Both the position numbers and the translations under genes were made by a program. Positions 12,206-24,288 of a stretch of 64,000 bases of DNA are shown piece after piece. Origin of the DNA: the human T2T-CHM13v2.0 reference genome, Homo sapiens; assembly GCF_009914755.1 (NCBI RefSeq), contig NC_060931.1, one strand, 5' to 3'. The notes below the pieces were generated by a model that was not told the DNA's origin, searched no databases, and worked only from the letters and a program-made list of their open reading frames with translations. The stretch's first letter is position 1; each line of letters begins with the position of its first letter.

Positions 12206-12640
12206 ATTCTTGGTGCTTTCTGCCTATTGTTCTTGGTGCTGTTCTTGGTGCTTCTGCCTATAGTTCTTGGTGCTGTTCTTGGTGCTCCTGCCTATTGTTC
12301 TTCGTGCTGTTCTTGGTGCTCCTGCCTATTGTTCCTGGTGCTGTTCTTGGTGCTCCTGCCTATTGTTCTTGGTGCTGTTCTTGGTGCTCCTGCCTATTGT
12401 TCCTGGTGCTGTTCTTGGTGCTTCTGCCTTTTGTTCCTGGTGCTGTTCTTGGTGCTTCTGCCTTTTGTTCCTGGTACTGTTCTTGGTGCTCCTGCCTATT
12501 GCTCTTGGTGCTTTTCTTGGTGCTCTTGCCTATTGTTCTTGGTGCCGTTCTTGGTGCTTCTGCCTATTGTTCTTGGTGCTGTTCTTGGTGCTTCTGCCTA
12601 TTGTTCCTGGTGCTGTTCTTGGTGTTTCTGCTATTCCTGT
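12206..12640. repeat. Minisatellite, 34-bp unit (two 12-bp subunits plus 10 bp), ~12-13 copies
   Basis: TGTTCTTGGTGC TGTTCTTGGTGC TCCTGCCTAT; 'tgccta' at 12221, 12255, 12289 (period 34). Confidence 0.95.
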
Positions 12641-13229
12641 AACCTGCAAGGCTTTTCTCCACACTACACCATGGAAAGTCCTCTCTAGTAAACCGTAGCC
12701 CAGCAGAACCACTCGTGAGTCCTGTGATTCCTTCCAAACCACTAGACCTGGGGCACCTTGGGCCCCAGCATGGTGCCTCACTGATTTTGGACTGGGCACA
12801 ACACGATTCATCCAAACACCACTTGACAAAGGCCAGCAGGACAGAACAGTACAACGCTGGTTCCACAGTGTGGTCCTCACTGAAGACAGGGCGGGTGGCA
12901 TTGACCCCCATTCCTGTCCCACAGTTGAGGGCTGCCCCACAGGCTTCCTCCTCACTTCGGGGGTGCAAGCCTGCAAGACCAAACAGCCCACAGCCTTGGA
13001 GGAGGCAGAGTGCGGGCAGCGCCCCCTCACAGAACCGCAGCAACGACACCTATCACCGCCCACCACAGGCGCACTGTGGGCTGATGGGGTGGGCCACATA
13101 TGGGGAATTCCAGAACGTGACCCTGTACCTAAATCCCTGCAGTTCCCAAGTCTCCCTCAGTCCTTCCCAGACATCTCTTAAGGGGCCTGACTCTGCCTCA
13201 GCCCCACCGCCCCCCAGCCTGAGCCCCGT

Positions 13230-13895
13230 TCCACCTCCTCACTGGCCTCGCTGCCCCTCTGCAATCTCCTCCAACAGCCGCCAGGATCATCTTTACAAAA
13301 TGCAAAGGTCATATTGCTCCTGAGCTGCAATGCCCTCAGGCAGTCCCCTGCCTTTAGGGTGGAGTCCAAGCCAGCCTCATGGACAGCGTCTCCAGACTCT
13401 TCCCCACCATAGCCAGGCAGGCCTCCAGGCGCTTCCAGACTCATCCCCACCATAGCCAGGCAGGCCTCCAGATGCCTCCAGACTCATCCCCACCACAGCC
13501 AGGCAGGCCTCCCCAGGCACCTCCATCCCCTTCGTCACACATCCCACACACCCCGGTTTGTTCCCACCAGGCCTTCACTAACATGCCACTGCAGAAAAAC
13601 CTTCCCTCCCCCCCAGTCTGACTAGAGTCCACTCATTTTTCAGGTACCAAGTTGCACCTTGCTTCCTCCAAGAGGGCTCCCTAATTCCTGACCGGGCGGG
13701 GCACCCCTGCAACATTCTCCCAGCTCCCTGGACTCTCCCTGGCCCAGCTCTCGCCAACTGCATTGTGATTACTTAAGAACTTGCTCCTCCCTTAAAAGAA
13801 AATAGACTCCAGGAGGGCAAGAGTGGGTTTATCTCAGTTACTGCCATGGTGTCTATAAAATAGTTAGAGCCCAATAGTTCTTACTGAATCAATCT
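13230..13895 (+). mobile_element. L2 LINE 3' fragment(s), interrupted by a short tandem repeat
   Basis: L2-like phrases 'cagccgccaggatcatctttacaaaatgcaaa', 'ctccaggagggcaagag' and a terminal 'caatagttcttactgaatcaat'. Confidence 0.55.
13391..13520. repeat. 43-bp tandem repeat, 3 copies
   Basis: 'tccagactc' at 13391, 13434 and 13477, each followed by ccccaccayagccaggcaggcctcc. Confidence 0.9.
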
Positions 13896-13903
13896 ATCAA
13901 TTA

Positions 13904-14093
13904 ATTAATAGAGACGATACGGATTTCATGGGGTGGGAGGATATGAACATTAATAGAGACGATATGGATTTCACAGGGTGGGAGAAGGATATGAACATTA
14001 ATAGAGACGATACGGATTTCACGGGGTGGGAGAAGGATATGAACATTAATAGAGATGATACGGATTTCACGGGGTGGGAGAAGGATATGAACA
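13904..14093. repeat. Minisatellite, 48-bp unit, 4 copies
   Basis: ATTAATAGAGACGATACGGATTTCACGGGGTGGGAGAAGGATATGAAC four times; the first copy is 3 bp shorter. Confidence 0.95.
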
Positions 14094-14381
14094 CACAGGG
14101 ACATCAGCGCTTGTCCTTTCTGGACTTAGCAAAGGCCATACTCAGTAGCTCAGGTGCCAAGTAAGCCAGAAGTGAAGAAAATGCACAGCCAAGCCGGGCC
14201 AGAACGTCCACAGAGGCTAAAGGATACGGCTCAAGCTCCACCTTTAAAAGAGGGTAGGACTGAGATCAACAGAGGATATAAACAGATTACCAGGACGGCA
14301 TGACCATAGAGGAAGGACCCACTTGAGGAGGCCACAGCAGGACAAGAGGGAAGGACGAACCTTCCCCAAGGCTAAGGGTCA

Positions 14382-14720
<339 letters not shown>

Positions 14721-17225
14721 TACTTGGGCTCCAGGATGCCCATCATCCTGCAGCAGTTTGCACTGAGCTCCCTTTATGCCAACAGGCTCAGGATCCCCAA
14801 AGCACTGCAGCAGAGAACAGCCGTGCAGCATCTCAGGCCACACAGTACACAGGCGTCGTCACTGTTTCCAAGAACTTCCTTGGCTGAAAAGTCATTTCAA
14901 ACTTTGGGGCTATTTTGGCATCTAAGTGGGAAGAGGGAGAAAACATTAAAAGAAGTCCCTTAGTGCTGACACTGTCCTGCCAGCCAGCACATCTCCTCAT
15001 TTTATGAAGTCGGACTCATCCCAGCTATCTGTGTGAGACACTCAGTTGGCCATGACAGTTAAATTACTTTTTCATACCGAGAACAGAATTAGTCTATAAA
15101 TAAGTAAAGAGGTGCTAGGGCTGAGTCAGAAGTGCCGATTCCACCTCAAGCTCCTTCCCTGCCCGATCTGCAGGTGGCTCTCAGGGCATGGGGGACCAAG
15201 CTGTGTTTGAGCCTTTGCTTTGCATGGGTGGCTCTGAAGGTGATGGAATGGGCTGGCATTCTCCAGCACTCTCTGGCATTTTCTGACATTCTCCAGCACT
15301 CTCCTGCACTCTCCATGTTGATCTGGGTGACTCTGGACCTTCATTCTAAAGATACTCAAGAATCTAGTGGCCATACAACATCCCCAAGGGAGAAAGGGGC
15401 CCTTTTTCTCCAATGCTGCTGATGCTGTTTCCCATCATATAAGGACTTTCTCCCATCCCAAGCAGCCAAGGGAAAGAAGTGACTCACCTCAGAAAGAAGA
15501 AAAAGGGAAGAAGGGTTACCCAATGCCTCCCCCATGGCATGGAAATTCTCCATTTTCCCCACAACGCCAGCACGGTCACACTCTGCAAGCAACACCCATC
15601 TGTTCTCCTTACATTTTCCAACTTTACTATCATTAGCCTGAAACCAAGCTTTCCTGTTCAGTGCAATGACTACTCTGCCAAACACACAAGTTCTGAACAG
15701 GACATGTGCCATGGGAAACATTTCGATTTAATGAGCTTTTCCAGTGCAACACAGAATGATTTTTTAAATCCCAGGGATGTCCCCCACTCAAACTTGTCAT
15801 TTCTTTTAACAAAACAACGGCAATGCCAAGAAAGGAAAGCATTTTCTGGCCACAGAGTGGGCCCTTCAGCTCCCCTTCCAAGAGGGAGCCCTGACACGGA
15901 GGCAGAAGGACTTCCATCCCCTAAGAAAAACAGAGTTTGGGATCTTGAACAAGGTGCATTGGCAGCCTGGGTCTCACACCGTCCCTTCTAGAGCAGGAAG
16001 GTGTGGAAAGGAGAGTAAAATTCCACTATTGTGAAATTCCCCCTTCAGCAATGAAACGGACTCTGAGAACTTATTTTTCCTGAAAATTATTATTTATGTC
16101 CATCTAGATGGTGTTTCTATGTTTACTGCCACTACAATTTAAAACAGTTCATGCCCTTCGGTAGACAGTTTCTAGACGAGTCTTTCCTGGATGTTTGAAG
16201 CAGGTTCTCCACCTTCAGCTCAGCTCGAGGCCCCTGGAGAAACACTCCCCAGAGCAGGATCTCCAGAGAAGGCTCCCTTCCGTCAGGAGCAACAGTGGCT
16301 CCAACCCCGACTTCCAAGCTCTGGGCGGCCTTCCACTGTTTTGTGGGTGGTGATAATTCCATTTAAAGTAGCACTTACATGGTTTTTTAGAAAAGACTAT
16401 AACTCCTGGATTTTTTTCAACCATATTACCAATAGAAACAAACATACGAAGAACGATCGGGTGGCTGCTTATCAGAAAATCCTAATCCCTGCCTCAGCCA
16501 TGCCCAGCCAGGTCACAGTGAGCACGTCCTGGTTTCCATGTCTGAGCACCAGATCGGTAACCCCAGCCTCTTCACTCTCATGAGGGTGCAGCAAAGATTC
16601 AGCAGGAGGATACACATGGATACGCTGGGCAAACCACAGGCACCCTGCAGGCCATGAGGGCCTGGCCGAGATCTCAGCCAGCCAAGGAACAGGAGATTTC
16701 AGCCACGTCCCTCTTATCTCTCCCACAGCAGGATTCCAAGTGCTGCAGCCAGGACCTTATTCCATGACTTCCCTCTGTGCGAGGCGCTCAGTCCTGCAGA
16801 CGCAGTGACTTCCTGCCCCAGCTGGAATGCTGTCTGCGTAGTCATACTATAATTTTATTTGTATTATTTTTATTGTTGTATTGTTATTTTATATTTTTTT
16901 CCCCAGTACTTTCAATCCTCTGTTGGTCGACTCAGGCAGAACCTGAGGGTATGCAGGGCTGGCTGTATTCTTGCCCAAAGGGACCTGAGAAAACATCTAG
17001 ACCAACGCACAGGACTGTGTGATTCACCCGAAACCACACAGTTAGTTGCTGAGTTAGAGACAGTACTAGGTGTCTGGCTTCCCAACAGGGTGAATTATTT
17101 CTGGAAATTGTTTTTTCTCCCTGCATCTAAATTTAACAATGAGGAAATCTATTAGTAATCAGCAAGATGCTGAAGCAGTAACTCCAAAATCAGTTGACGA
17201 ATGATTTCTCAGGAGCAGCACGCTG

Positions 17226-19886
17226 GGTGCTGGCTCAGGAGGAAGGTCCGCATCGGAATGGTGGACTGTCCAGGTACTGGCTCAGGGGGGAGGTCCACGT
17301 CACAATGGTGGACTGTCCAGGTAGTGGCTCGGGAGGGAGGTCCACGTCACAATGGTGGACTGTCCAGGTGCTGGCTCAGGAGGGAGGTCCACGTCACAAT
17401 GGTGGACTGTCCAGGTAGTGGCTCGGGAGGGAGGTCCACGTCACAATGGTGGACTGTCCAGGTAGTGGCTCAGGGGGGAGGTCCACGTCACAATGGTGGA
17501 CTGTCCGGGTGCTGGCTCAGGAGGGAGGTCCACGTCACAATGGTGGACTGTCCAGGTGCTGGCTCGGGAGGGAGGTCCACGTCACAATGGTGGACTGTCC
17601 GGGTAGTGGCTCGGGAGGGAGGTCCACGTCACAATGGTGGACTGTCCAGGTAGTGGCTCGGGAGGGAGGTCCACGTCACAATGGTGGACTGTCCGGGTAG
17701 TGGCTCGGGAGGGAGGTCCACGTCACAATGGTGGACTGTCCGGGTAGTGGCTCGGGAGGGAGGTCCACGTCACAATGGTGGACTGTCCAGGTACTGGCTC
17801 GGAGGGAGGTCCACGTCACAATGGTGGACTGTCCGGGTAGTGGCTCAGGAGGGAGGTCCACGTCACAATGGTGGACTGTCCGGGTAGTGGCTCAGGAGGG
17901 AGGTCCACGTCACAATGGTGGACTGTCCAGGTAGTGGCTCGGGAGGGAGGTCCACGTCACAATGGTGGACTGTCCGGGTACTGGCTCGGGAGGGAGGTCC
18001 ACGTCACAATGGTGGACTGTCCGGGTAGTGGCTCGGGAGGGAGGTCCACGTCACAATGGTGGACTGTCCAGGTACTGGCTCAGGGAGGGAGGTCCACGTC
18101 ACAATGGTGGACTGTCCGGGTAGTGGCTCAGGAGGGAGGTCCACGTCACAATGGTGGACTGTCCGGGTAGTGGCTCGGGAGGGAGGTCCACGTCACAATG
18201 GTGGACTGTCCAGGTACTGGCTCAGGGAGGGAGGTCCACGTCACAATGGTGGACTGTCCGGGTAGTGGCTCGGGAGGGAGGTCCACGTCACAATGGTGGA
18301 CTGTCCGGGTACTGGCTCGGGAGGGAGGTCCACGTCACAATGGTGGACTGTCCGGGTAGTGGCTCAGGAGGGAGGTCCACGTCACAATGGTGGACTGTCC
18401 AGGTGCTGGCTCAGGAGGGAGGTCCACGTCACAATGGTGGACTGTCCGGGTACTGGCTCGGGAGGGAGGTCCACGTCACAATGGTGGACTGTCCAGGTAC
18501 TGGCTCAGGGAGGGAGGTCCACGTCACAATGGTGGACTGTCCGGGTACTGGCTCGGGAGGGAGGTCCACGTCACAATGGTGGACTGTCCGGGTACTGGCT
18601 CGGGAGGGAGGTCCACGTCACAATGGTGGACTGTCCGGGTAGTGGCTCAGGAGGGAGGTCCACGTCACAATGGTGGACTGTCCAGGTGCTGGCTCAGGAG
18701 GGAGGTCCACGTCACAATGGTGGACTGTCCGGGTACTGGCTCGGGAGGGAGGTCCACGTCACAATGGTGGACTGTCCAGGTACTGGCTCAGGGAGGGAGG
18801 TCCACGTCACAATGGTGGACTGTCCGGGTACTGGCTCGGGAGGGAGGTCCACGTCACAATGGTGGACTGTCCGGGTAGTGGCTCGGGAGGGAGGTCCACG
18901 TCACAATGGTGGACTGTCCGGGTACTGGCTCAGGAGGGAGGTCCACGTCACAATGGTGGACTGTCCGGGTACTGGCTCGGGAGGGAGGTCCACGTCACAA
19001 TGGTGGACTGTCCGGGTACTGGCTCAGGAGGGAGGTCCACGTCACAATGGTGGACTGTCCGGGTACTGGCTCGGGAGGGAGGTCCACGTCACAATGGTGG
19101 ACTGTCCGGGTACTGGCTCGGGAGGGAGGTCCACGTCACAATGGTGGACTGTCCGGGTAGTGGCTCAGGAGGGAGGTCCACGTCACAATGGTGGACTGTC
19201 CGGGTACTGGCTCAGGGAGGGAGGTCCACGTCACAATGGTGGACTGTCCGGGTAGTGGCTCAGGAGGGAGGTCCACGTCACAATGGTGGACTGTCCGGGT
19301 AGTGGCTCAGGGAGGGAGGTCCACGTCACAATGGTGGACTGTCCGGGTAGTGGCTCAGGAGGGAGGTCCACGTCACAATGGTGGACTGTCCGGGTAGTGG
19401 CTCGGGAGGGAGGTCCACGTCACAATGGTGGACTGTCCAGGTACTGGCTCAGGGAGGGAGGTCCACGTCACAATGGTGGACTGTCCGGGTAGTGGCTCGG
19501 GAGGGAGGTCCACGTCACAATGGTGCACTGTCCGGGTAGTGGCTCGGGAGGGAGGTCCACGTCACAATGGTGGACTGTCCGGGTAGTGGCTCAGGAGGGA
19601 GGTCCACGTCACAATGGTGGACTGTCCGGGTACTGGCTCGGGAGGGAGGTCCACGTCACAATGGTGGACTGTCCGGGTACTGGCTCAGGAGGGAGGTCCA
19701 CGTCACAATGGTGGACTGTCCAGGTGCTGGCTCAGGAGGGAGGTCCACGTCACAATGGTGGACTGTCCAGGTGCTGGCTCAGGGGGAAGGTCCACATCGG
19801 AATGGTAGACTGTTTAGGAGAAAGGTCCACGTCAGAATGGTGGACTGTTTTAAGAGGAAGGTCCACGTCAGAATGGACTGTCCAGG
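17226..19886. repeat. Large minisatellite (VNTR), 47-bp unit with 48-bp variants, ~56 copies
   Basis: Consensus GGAGGTCCACGTCACAATGGTGGACTGTCCRGGTRSTGGCTCRGGAG; degenerate units at both ends. Confidence 0.98.
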
Positions 19887-20701
19887 ATGGTGCATGTGCA
19901 GGGTGTGTTCTGGCACCACTGTGTGTGTACAGCGAATCGCTCTCTGTAACCTGGCCCCTGGTGACCAGATGCACTTACAACATGCACCTTGCTGCGGCTA
20001 GATGCAGTCTGTGGACACAGATTAAGGTGAAGTGAGGGCATCAGCATGGTCTGGAGTCCGTGAGGCACTCGGACCACCGGAGCCAGCCCAGGGGTTGGCA
20101 CAGTCTGCAGGGCTCAGCGTCTCCCCTGGTTCTCACGTGGACATTGGCTTTCCTTGTCTTGAGAGCAGCTCACCATCACGAGTTCTTCCAACAGCCCAAG
20201 TCTTCATTTCCACACACTTGCTTCTGTGTGTGGCAGATGTGGAGCTGGAGAGAACAGACCTGCCGTGAGAAGGGAGAGGGCAGCAAAGATCACCCAGAAC
20301 TTGCTGGGACTGAGATGAACAAAAGTTACCCAAAAATGGGAATTTCAAGAATAGCCAAGGGCTTCAACAGAGGATGAGCTGACACTTAGATTTAGGGATT
20401 GTCAGCATCACCGTGGCTGCTGACATCTTGAAAACTGGAAAATGGGGTCTCAGAAGAACAAGATAAGAGCGCAGGAGGCCAGGGTGTGACTCTTGGGGTC
20501 CAGGAGGGGACATCACAGGAAGCACAAGTTGGAGGGGCCAGACGGGTTGCAGCCAGGTTGGGGTCTGGGGAGCCCCAGTGTGACCAGGGGCGGGGGTGGT
20601 GGGTGAGCCTCAGCAGCCAGAGTGGTGCAGACACGTCCCACGGTGAGGGCTGGTGCGGACAAGAGATTAGCCAAAGGAGCAGCCACCATGCTGCCGACAG
20701 C

Positions 20702-21920
20702 GAGTCTGCCCTGAAGTGGAGTCTGCCCTGGAGTGGAGTCGTCTGCCCTGGAGCGGAGTCATCTGCCCTGGAGCGGAGTCTGCCCTGAAGCGGAGTCTGC
20801 CCTGGAGCGGAGTCGTCTGCCCTGGAGTGGAGTCCTCTGCCCTGGAGTGGAGTCGTCTGCCCTGGAGTGGAGTCGTCTGCCCTGGAGCAGAGTCTGCCCT
20901 GGAATGGAGTCCTCTGCCCTGGAGTGGAGTCGTCTGCCCTGGAGTGGAGTCATCTGCCCTGGAGCAGAGTCTGCCCTGGAGTGGAGTCATCTGCCCTGGA
21001 GCGGAGTCTGCCCTGGAGTGGAGTCGTCTGCCCTGGAGCGGAGTCGTCTGCCCTGGAGTGGAGTCGTCTGCCCTGGAGTGGAGTCTGCCCTGGAGTGGAG
21101 TCGTCTGCCCTGGAGTGGAGTCGTCTACCCTGGAGTGGAGTCTGCCCTGGAGTGGAGTCGTCTGCCCTGGAGTGGAGTCTGCCCTGGAGTGGAGTCGTCT
21201 ACCCTGGAGTGGAGTCGTCTACCCTGGAGTGGAGTCGTCTACCCTGGAGTGGAGTCTGCCCTGGAGTGGAGTCATCTGCCCTGGAGCGGAGTCTGCCCTG
21301 GTGTGGAGTCGTCTGCCCTGGAGTGGAGTCGGCCCTGGAGTGGAGTCTGCCCTGGAGTGGAGTCGTCTACCCTGGAGTGGAGTCGTCTGCCCTGGAGTGG
21401 AGTCTGCCCTGGAGTGGAGTCGTCTGCCCTGGAGTGGAGTCATCTACCCTGGAGTGGAGTCGTCTACCCTGGAGTGGAGTCTGCCCTGGAGTGGAGTCAT
21501 CTGCCCTGGAGTGGAGTCTGCCCTGGAGTGGAGTCGTCTACCCTGGAGTGGAGTCGTCTACCCTGGAGTGGAGTCGTCTACCCTGGAGTGGAGTCTGCCC
21601 TGGAGTGGAGTCATCTGCCCTGGAGCGGAGTCTGCCCTGGTGTGGAGTCGTCTGCCCTGGAGTGGAGTCGGCCCTGGAGTGGAGTCTGCCCTGGAGTGGA
21701 GTCGTCTACCCTGGAGTGGAGTCATCTGCCCTGGAGTGGAGTCTGCCCTGGAGTGGAGTCGTCTGCCCTGGAGCGGAGTCTGCCCTGGAGTGGAGTCGTC
21801 TACCCTGGAGCGGAGTCTGCCCTGGAGCGGAGTCTGCCCTGGAGCGGAGTCTGCCCTGGAGTGGAGTCGTCTGCCCTGGAGTGGAGTCTGCCCTGGAGTG
21901 GAGTCTGCCCTGGAGTGGAG
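20702..21920. repeat. Minisatellite of interspersed 17-bp and 20-bp units, ~65 units
   Basis: GAGTCTGCCCTGGAGTG (17 bp) and GAGTC[GTC/ATC/CTC]TGCCCTGGAGTG (20 bp). Confidence 0.97.
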
Positions 21921-22063
21921 GGAAGTGAAGCCAGATCGCTGAGGAGTGCGAGGAAAGCTGTTGGTTGTTATGGTCAAGCCCCAGAACTCGTAGATGGATG
22001 TCCCCAGCCCAGTGCCTCAGAAGGTGACTGCGTTTGGAAATCAGGTTTTTGCAGGAAAAATTG

Positions 22064-22291
22064 GCGTTAACCCTCAGCATGGAGTGGGGATTGGTCCCAG
22101 GACCCCCACTTACGCCAAAATCTTCACACACTGAAGTCCTGCAGCTGCCCCACGGAATCTGCATACACAAAAAGTCAGCTTCTGTACACTTGGCTTTCAC
22201 AGCCCTCAAATACTGCATTTTTGATCCATATTTGGTTGGAAAGATCCATGAATAAATGAGTTCAGACCCATGTTGTCCCAGGGCCCACTGT
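22064..22291 (+). mobile_element. MER8 (TcMar-Tigger MITE)
   Basis: 'ggggattggtcccaggaccccc..ccaaaatc', 'aatactgcatttttgatcc..tttggttg' and 'gttcagacccatgttg..agggcccactgta' follow the recalled ~240-bp MER8 consensus. Confidence 0.75.
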
Positions 22292-23912
22292 AGTTCCGAT
22301 GAGGCCACTGGGGGCTCCTCCAGCACAGCCAACACCACCTGTGCCAGCATCACTGCCCTTCGAAGTGTGGCCCCAGCAGCGGTCTCCTGCACCCTCCGAA
22401 AAGACAGCCCTTGGAAGACTGTGGCTCAGGATGCAAGGCTCTGACTGAACCCTCAAGCTGGCCCTCCATGCGAAGAAATGCTGCGTCCCAGGCCCTGCAC
22501 AGTGCTGGACTTCCCAGCTCCAGGCTCTGGAGCCGGCTGCAGAGCACAGCGTGAGGCAGGCCCTGACCGCTCTGGAAGGAAAAGCACCTCTGGCAAGTAG
22601 TCCAGAGGTGAAAGTTTCTCTATTTTGGAAACTGGGCATCTGCCAAGGAGAACACACGGCCCCCTAATGTGCAACAAAACCGTGAGACCCGAGCAGAAGC
22701 TGCAGCAGAAGGTAGCACGGGCAGGATGCTAGGCCCCAGGGGCCATGGGCTACGCACGGGCCAGGTTTCCAGCCTGCCAGCCCCATCCAGACTTAAGGAC
22801 GGAAAGTGGGACCAAGGCTGAGCCGCTCCGCACCCCTCGCTCTACAGCTGGACACAGGCTCTGCAGAAATCCTGAGCTGGGGCCACCCCAGCCTCCCTGG
22901 CCCAGAACAGGCGCTCACTGTATCTCCTCCCTTCCTCCTGAGAGGTCCTACGGGATGGAGTATTAATAGTGCCGTGTTTAATTATTATTCAGCATAATCA
23001 CACATATTACGGGGATTTTTAAAGATCCTTTCATGCACAATGAGTATTTATCTAATGTGCCCTCCTCATTCCCAAGCAGCCCTCGGGGGCAGATGCCCCC
23101 ATCTCCCAGGACATCTCTGCTGGTCTCTCTCCACGGCACCTGCTCCACAGCCACCTCTCTCTGCTGTGCTCACACAGTGTGGAAGCTCCCGCTTCAGCAA
23201 GAGGAAAGCCCCGATGATACAGGGTGAAGACGCCTCCCCTCACAGACCTCAGACCTGTCCCAGAGCCCTGACAGGAAGACCCAAGCTCTCCTGAAGCCTT
23301 AGGGTCTCAACATCCCAAGCCGACAATGCCCCCCCATTGACTCGGCTCTCTGCAGACCTGCAGACCTGCAGCCCAGCCCCTACTCTCCCCTCTGGCTGGC
23401 ATTGTGCAGTCCTTCCTTCCTCAGCAGCGCTGTGTGGGAAGGGGGACTATCTGCCCAGTCCCTGAGGAGATGATGACTTCCTACAGCTTCTGAAAGGGCC
23501 CGCTCTGGGGGGAGCCACATCAGGCAGACACACGGCTCCTGGTGTTGGCAGGGTGCCGGCGGAATCCAGGGCAGGATTCACTTGTGTGGCGAAGGGGTCA
23601 CCCCTCGTGCAGGCTCAGGCCCTCCCTGCCCACCTGTGGCGGCGAAGGGAACTGACACCACTCCTTCCCGGTGAGCTCGGCAGGGCTGCATCTCTCCCGT
23701 GGGACGCTGCAGAGATAACCAGGTAGAGCCACGCTCACGAGAACCACCAGCCACTCTGAGCTAGGACGGGGCACAGGCAACCACGTTCCCACAAACACAG
23801 GGTCTGGAGGTCTCTCCGCTGGTCACGGCCTCGGAATTCCGACATGCTGGACTGTGGCTTGGGAAACTGACTCGGTTGTTCTCCATTCCTGATCCCATTT
23901 CCTGTTTGTGGG

Positions 23913-24288
23913 TGTGATGGCTGAGTTGTGCACCCCAAAGTTCATACACTGAAGTCCTGACCCCCAGGACCTCAGAATGGGACTGTATTTGGAGATGGGT
24001 CTTGAAAGAGGTGATTTCAGTAAAACGAGGTCGCCGGATGGGCCCGGATCCAGGCTGACTGGGTCCTTATGGAGGAGGAGGTGAGGACACAGACACGCAC
24101 AGATGGACAACCCTGTGGGGCACAGGGAGGAGACGGCATCTGCCAGCCAAGGGGAGAGGCCTCTGGGGGAACCTGCCCTGCCGTGCTCTCATCTTGGACT
24201 TTCGGCCTCCAGGACTCAGAAATGTCTGTTGTTTGCTAAGCCGCCTGGTTTGTGGGGGTTTGTTAGGGAGACTGAGCCAATTCATACA
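23913..24288 (+). mobile_element. MLT1 (MLT1B-like) ERVL-MaLR solo LTR
   Basis: tg start and taca end; 'gaagtcctgacccccaggacctcagaatgggactgtatttggagatgg', 'gacacagacacgcacaga', 'atcttggactttcggcctccagga'. Confidence 0.85.

Noticed and set aside
12076-12698. Hydrophobic, Cys-rich membrane-protein-like ORFs
   Set aside because: The A-poor 34-bp repeat rarely forms stop codons, and the composition follows from the T/G/C bias.
17330-19790. PRDM9-A 13-mer (CCNCCNTNNCCNC) in the 47-bp unit
   Set aside because: The closest match, GTGGCTCAGGGAGG, has one base too many between the two halves, so it does not fit the motif.
17194-20035. Many overlapping ORFs (MVDCPGSGSGGRSTSQWW...)
   Set aside because: Translations of a 47-bp unit that is not a multiple of 3, so the frames rotate and stop at TAG variants.
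17226-21920. CRISPR-like regular repeats with an internal palindrome
   Set aside because: Units are head-to-tail with no unique spacers, there are no cas genes, and the context is primate DNA.
20716-22070. ORFs of 353-445 aa in three plus-strand frames (ESSALEWSRLPWSGVVCPGV repeats)
   Set aside because: They arise from a stop-free 17/20-bp tandem repeat. All frames give the same cyclic peptide, and I see no promoter, splice or poly(A) context.
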